From: the human T2T-CHM13v2.0 reference genome, Homo sapiens
DNA length: 64,000 nt
Assembly: GCF_009914755.1 (NCBI RefSeq)
Contig: NC_060925.1
Strand: one strand, 5' to 3'
This document shows positions 59,916-64,000 of the stretch, piece after piece. The notes under the pieces were generated by a model that ran no database searches, had not been told where the DNA came from, and saw only the letters and a list, made by a program, of their open reading frames with translations. Both the position numbers and the translations under genes were made by a program. The stretch's first letter is position 1. Each line of letters opens with the position of its first letter.

Positions 59916-60548
59916 ACCAGAGGAACTACCTACATTCTCTCTCTTTGGGATTACAGGGTTGTGAATCCTAAAGTGCACTGCACTTAAGCATGACATATCG
60001 ACACTAGAGAGTACAACTTCCATGTGCGGTCACTTAACCATACCTCACCTATGTCCTCCCCTCTCATCCTTGGTGATAATGCCCAACTGGGGTTTAGCCT
60101 TAAATTTAAAAAGCACTGTTACCCTGGAATTATTACTATTAATGCTGTCTTTTGTTGGCTGCTTCAGCTGCAAGGCAACGAAATAATACATGATGAAAGA
60201 AGAGAATTTTTAACTCTCTCAGAGAGATCACCACAGTGGTGAGATAAGAGAAGCTGGACTTTTAGCTTGCTTTAGAAGCTGAAAATAAAAGCTTGACTCT
60301 TTAGCATCAATTTCTCCAGGAAGAAACCCTCTTCATCGTACTGATACAACAATCTCTTACATGATTAATGTGAAACCATTCAATTCAGGCCTATATTTAC
60401 TTTTATGAAACTCTTCTCTAACCAAAGATGAAGGTATGCAGGATCATTTTATATATTTTAAAAGATAGTCCGCTTATGCAAGAATAATTGCAACTGTACT
60501 TTTCCTTTTGCAAGACACATTCGTTTCTTTCCCACATACAGTATCTCA

Positions 60549-60824
<276 letters not shown>

Positions 60825-61479
60825 TCAGGAGAATGCTGAGAATCAAGGAGGGAAAATCTGAGGAGCAGACCTAAGACAGAAAATTTGGAAGAATATATCC
60901 ACTGTCACATACCAGTTTCTGCCCTTGGAGTAGATAAAACCTGGATCGGGAGAAAGAAGAATCAGGAAGGAAGCATGGGTGCCTGACAAGGGGCCCTGAG
61001 CCCTTCTCTAGCTGCCAAATGTACCTGGGGCAGAGTGGGAACACAAGAGGACCTAAGAATAAAGGAGGCCTATGTCCTCAATATCCAAGCATTGCCCTCA
61101 ATTCCCCCACTCCTGGGCTTGTGAAGTAGGAATGCCCATTTGGTGAATAGACCTGAGATGTCTTCTCAAGGTTCCCTGAAGCACACTGAGACTAGTAGAG
61201 TATCGGGGGTCAGGGGTTTGGCTCCAAAGGCCAAGAGGATGCAGCAGTGTCCTAGATGGACAGATAGCTGAAAACTTCTCTGGGTAGACACCAGCATAGA
61301 TGATGACACCAAGCACAAGATTGGCATTATGTTAAGCCTCCTGCAATGCAGATATGAGCAAGTAGGGAATACTTGCTTACTTCAGGACTGAGACCTAATT
61401 CTTGCCATCTGTTTGAACAGGGACTTGAAACAGAAACAGAATGGAGATGCTACCAGACAGATCATGAAATATTAATACT

Positions 61480-64000
61480 ACTTTTTTAGTTAAACTTAGA
61501 AAAAAGATAATTGTAGATTAACATGCAGTTGTGAGAAATAATACAGAGAGATATCTTGTACATTTTACCCAGTTTCCCTCAACAGTAACATCTTGCAAAA
61601 CGGAGGTACAATGTTACAAATTGGATATTAACATTGATACAGTTAAGATACAGAACATTTCCACCACCACAAGGATCGCTCTGTTGTCCTTCATGGTCAC
61701 ACCCACTGGTTCGTGTCCCTATCCCCTCTTTTACCCTGGGCAACCACTAATTTGTTGTCCATTCCTATAATTTTGTCATTTCAAGAATGTTATGTAAATG
61801 GAATTATATAGTATGTAACCTTTTCAGACTGACTTTTTTCACTCAGTATAATTATGTAGAGATTTGTCTAGGTTGTTGCATGTATCAATACGCTGTTTTT
61901 TTTTTTTATTGCTGAGTAGAATGTATGGTATGAATGTACCATAGTTTGTTTAATCATTCACTCATTAAAGGATATGTGGGTTGTTCCCAGTGATTGGCTA
62001 GTATGAATACAGCTGCTATAAAGTTTAGTGTATAGGTTTTTGAGTTAAATATTAGTCTTAATTTCTCTGAGATAAATGTCTAATAGTACAATTGCTGGGT
62101 TGTATGGCAGTTACATGTTTAGTTTTTAAAGAAGCTGCCAAAATATTTTTCAGTGTAGCTGTATTGTTTTACCTTCCCATGAGCAAGGTATGAATAATCC
62201 AGTTTTTCCACGTCTTTGTCAGGACTTCGTAGCATAACCATTTTTCATTTTAGTCATTTTGACGGGTATGTAGTGCTGTCTCATTGTGGTTTTAATTTGC
62301 ATTTTCCTAATGGCTAACAATGTTGAGCATTTTTAAATGTGCTGATTTGCCATGTGTATGTTCTCTACTATGAAATGCCTGTTCACATCTTTTGCTCATT
62401 TTTCAACTGGATTGCTTTTTGGCTGTTGAATTTTGAGAGTTTTTTTAAATACCAGTCCTTTTTCAGATATATGGTTTACAAGCATTTTTTTTTACTCTGT
62501 ATGTGTGTTATTTCATCTTCTTTTTTGATTTGACAAATAATAATTGTACATATCCATAGGGTACACAGTGATGTTTTGATTCATATAATGTATAGTGATC
62601 AGATCAGGGTAATTAGCATACCTGTCATTTCAAATATTTATCACTTTTTTGTGTTGAGAACATTCAATATCCTAATCATTTCATCTTCTTAATAGGATCT
62701 TTCACAGAACAAAAATTGTCAATTTTGATGAAGTCCAGTTGATCACTTTTTTCATTCATGGATTGTACTTTTGATATTAAGTCCAAGAACTCTTTGTCTA
62801 GCCTCAGATCCTGAATTCTCCTATTTTTTCTAAAAATTTTACAGTTTTTCATTTTATATTTAAGTTCGTGATTCACTTTGATAAAATTTAAGATAGGTTC
62901 AGGTTCCTTTTTCTTTTTTTGCCAATAGATGTCCGACCGTTCCGATATTTTTTGGTGAAAAGGCTGTCTTTCATCCATTCAATTGCTTTTGTAACTTTGT
63001 CAAAAATCAGTTGGCATATTCATGTGGGTCTATTTGTGGTTTCTCGATTCTGTTCCATTGCTCTATATGTCTGTTCCTCTGCCAACACCACATAGTCTTG
63101 ATTGCAGTAGCTAGGATCAAGTATATCTGAAAGCAGGTAGACTATCTCTTTTCACTTTATTCTTTATTTTTCTAAATTGCTTTAACTATCCTAGTCCTTT
63201 AGCATTTTTGTATAAACTTCAGAATAATCTTGTTTATACACAAAAAAAAATATTACTAGAATTTTGATAGCAATTGCATTAAATCTGTGTATAAACTTGG
63301 GGAGAGTGACATATTTACTATGTTGTCTTCCAATTCATGAATATGGTATGTCTCCATTTATTTGATCTTCTTTGGTTTCTTTCATCAGCATTGCATAGTT
63401 TTCAGCCTACAAGTCTGGCACACATTTTGTTAGATTTATATCTAATCAGTTAAATTATTTCAGCTACTGTAAATTGTATTGTATTTTTAATTTTCATGTC
63501 CATGTGTTTATTGCAAGTATATAGATATACAATTAATTTGTTAATGTTAATGCTAAACTCACTTATTAGTTCTAAGAGGTTTTTGTTTTGTAGATTCCTT
63601 GGGATTTTTCTAGGTAGACAATTTTGTCACCTGCTAATAATTTCTTCCTTTTTCTGCATGCCATTTTATTTCTTTATGTTTACTTACTGCACTGGTGAGA
63701 ACTTCTAGCACTATTTTGAATAAGAGTGGTAAGAATGTCTTGTTTTCTTAAATTTTTTGTTTCTTTCCCATTCTTAGAGGTTTGTTCATTTTTCCTTTCA
63801 GTTCTATCAGTTTTTGCTTTTTGTACTTTGCAGTTCTATTATTTGGTCCAGACACATTTAGGATTTATTGTCTTCTTGATGGTTTGACCCTGGATCTGTT
63901 TGGCTCTACAACTCATACTATAAATCCCTCTACTTTCTTTTCTATGTTTGTTTCTTTGATATCTTCTTCATTTTTATGTCTTCCTTTCATTGTTCCTAGA
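61480..64000 (-). mobile_element. Old L1 (L1M) 3' UTR and decayed ORF2 fragments in CASQ2 intron 1
   Basis: ORF 62676-62978 reads QLDFIKIDNFCSVKDPIKKMK, an L1 ORF2-like peptide; typical L1M 3' UTR sequence upstream. Confidence 0.85.

Overview
Human (or very close primate) genomic DNA, recognisable as the VANGL1-CASQ2 locus (chr1p13). The + strand carries the last four coding exons of VANGL1 (1424-7083, ending in the PDZ-binding motif ETSV) and a ~6.8 kb 3' UTR to ~13930. The - strand carries CASQ2 exons 2-11 (60647 down to 16941, 3' UTR to ~15710). The two genes converge tail-to-tail across a ~1.8 kb gap. All exon boundaries were read as GT-AG and the phases join into continuous reading frames. 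The rest is intronic: ~23 Alus, MIR/L2/L1 fragments, MaLR/ERV LTRs, hAT and mariner fossils, and STRs. Most short ORFs in the track are Alu-derived or chance. Best novel candidate: a 39-nt, frame-preserving cassette exon in VANGL1 intron 5 (2643-2681). It encodes a second copy of the LKxY motif that ends exon 5 and has a ~104-nt AG-free CU-rich acceptor with a UGC element, the architecture of SRRM4/PTBP1-regulated neural microexons. Also notable: a ~700-bp inverted duplication in VANGL1 intron 7, a divergent CTCF motif pair in CASQ2 intron 8, a G-quadruplex beside a weak CASQ2 donor, and several template-switch or repair scars. Exon numbers, repeat subfamily names and literature links are from memory, not from searches.
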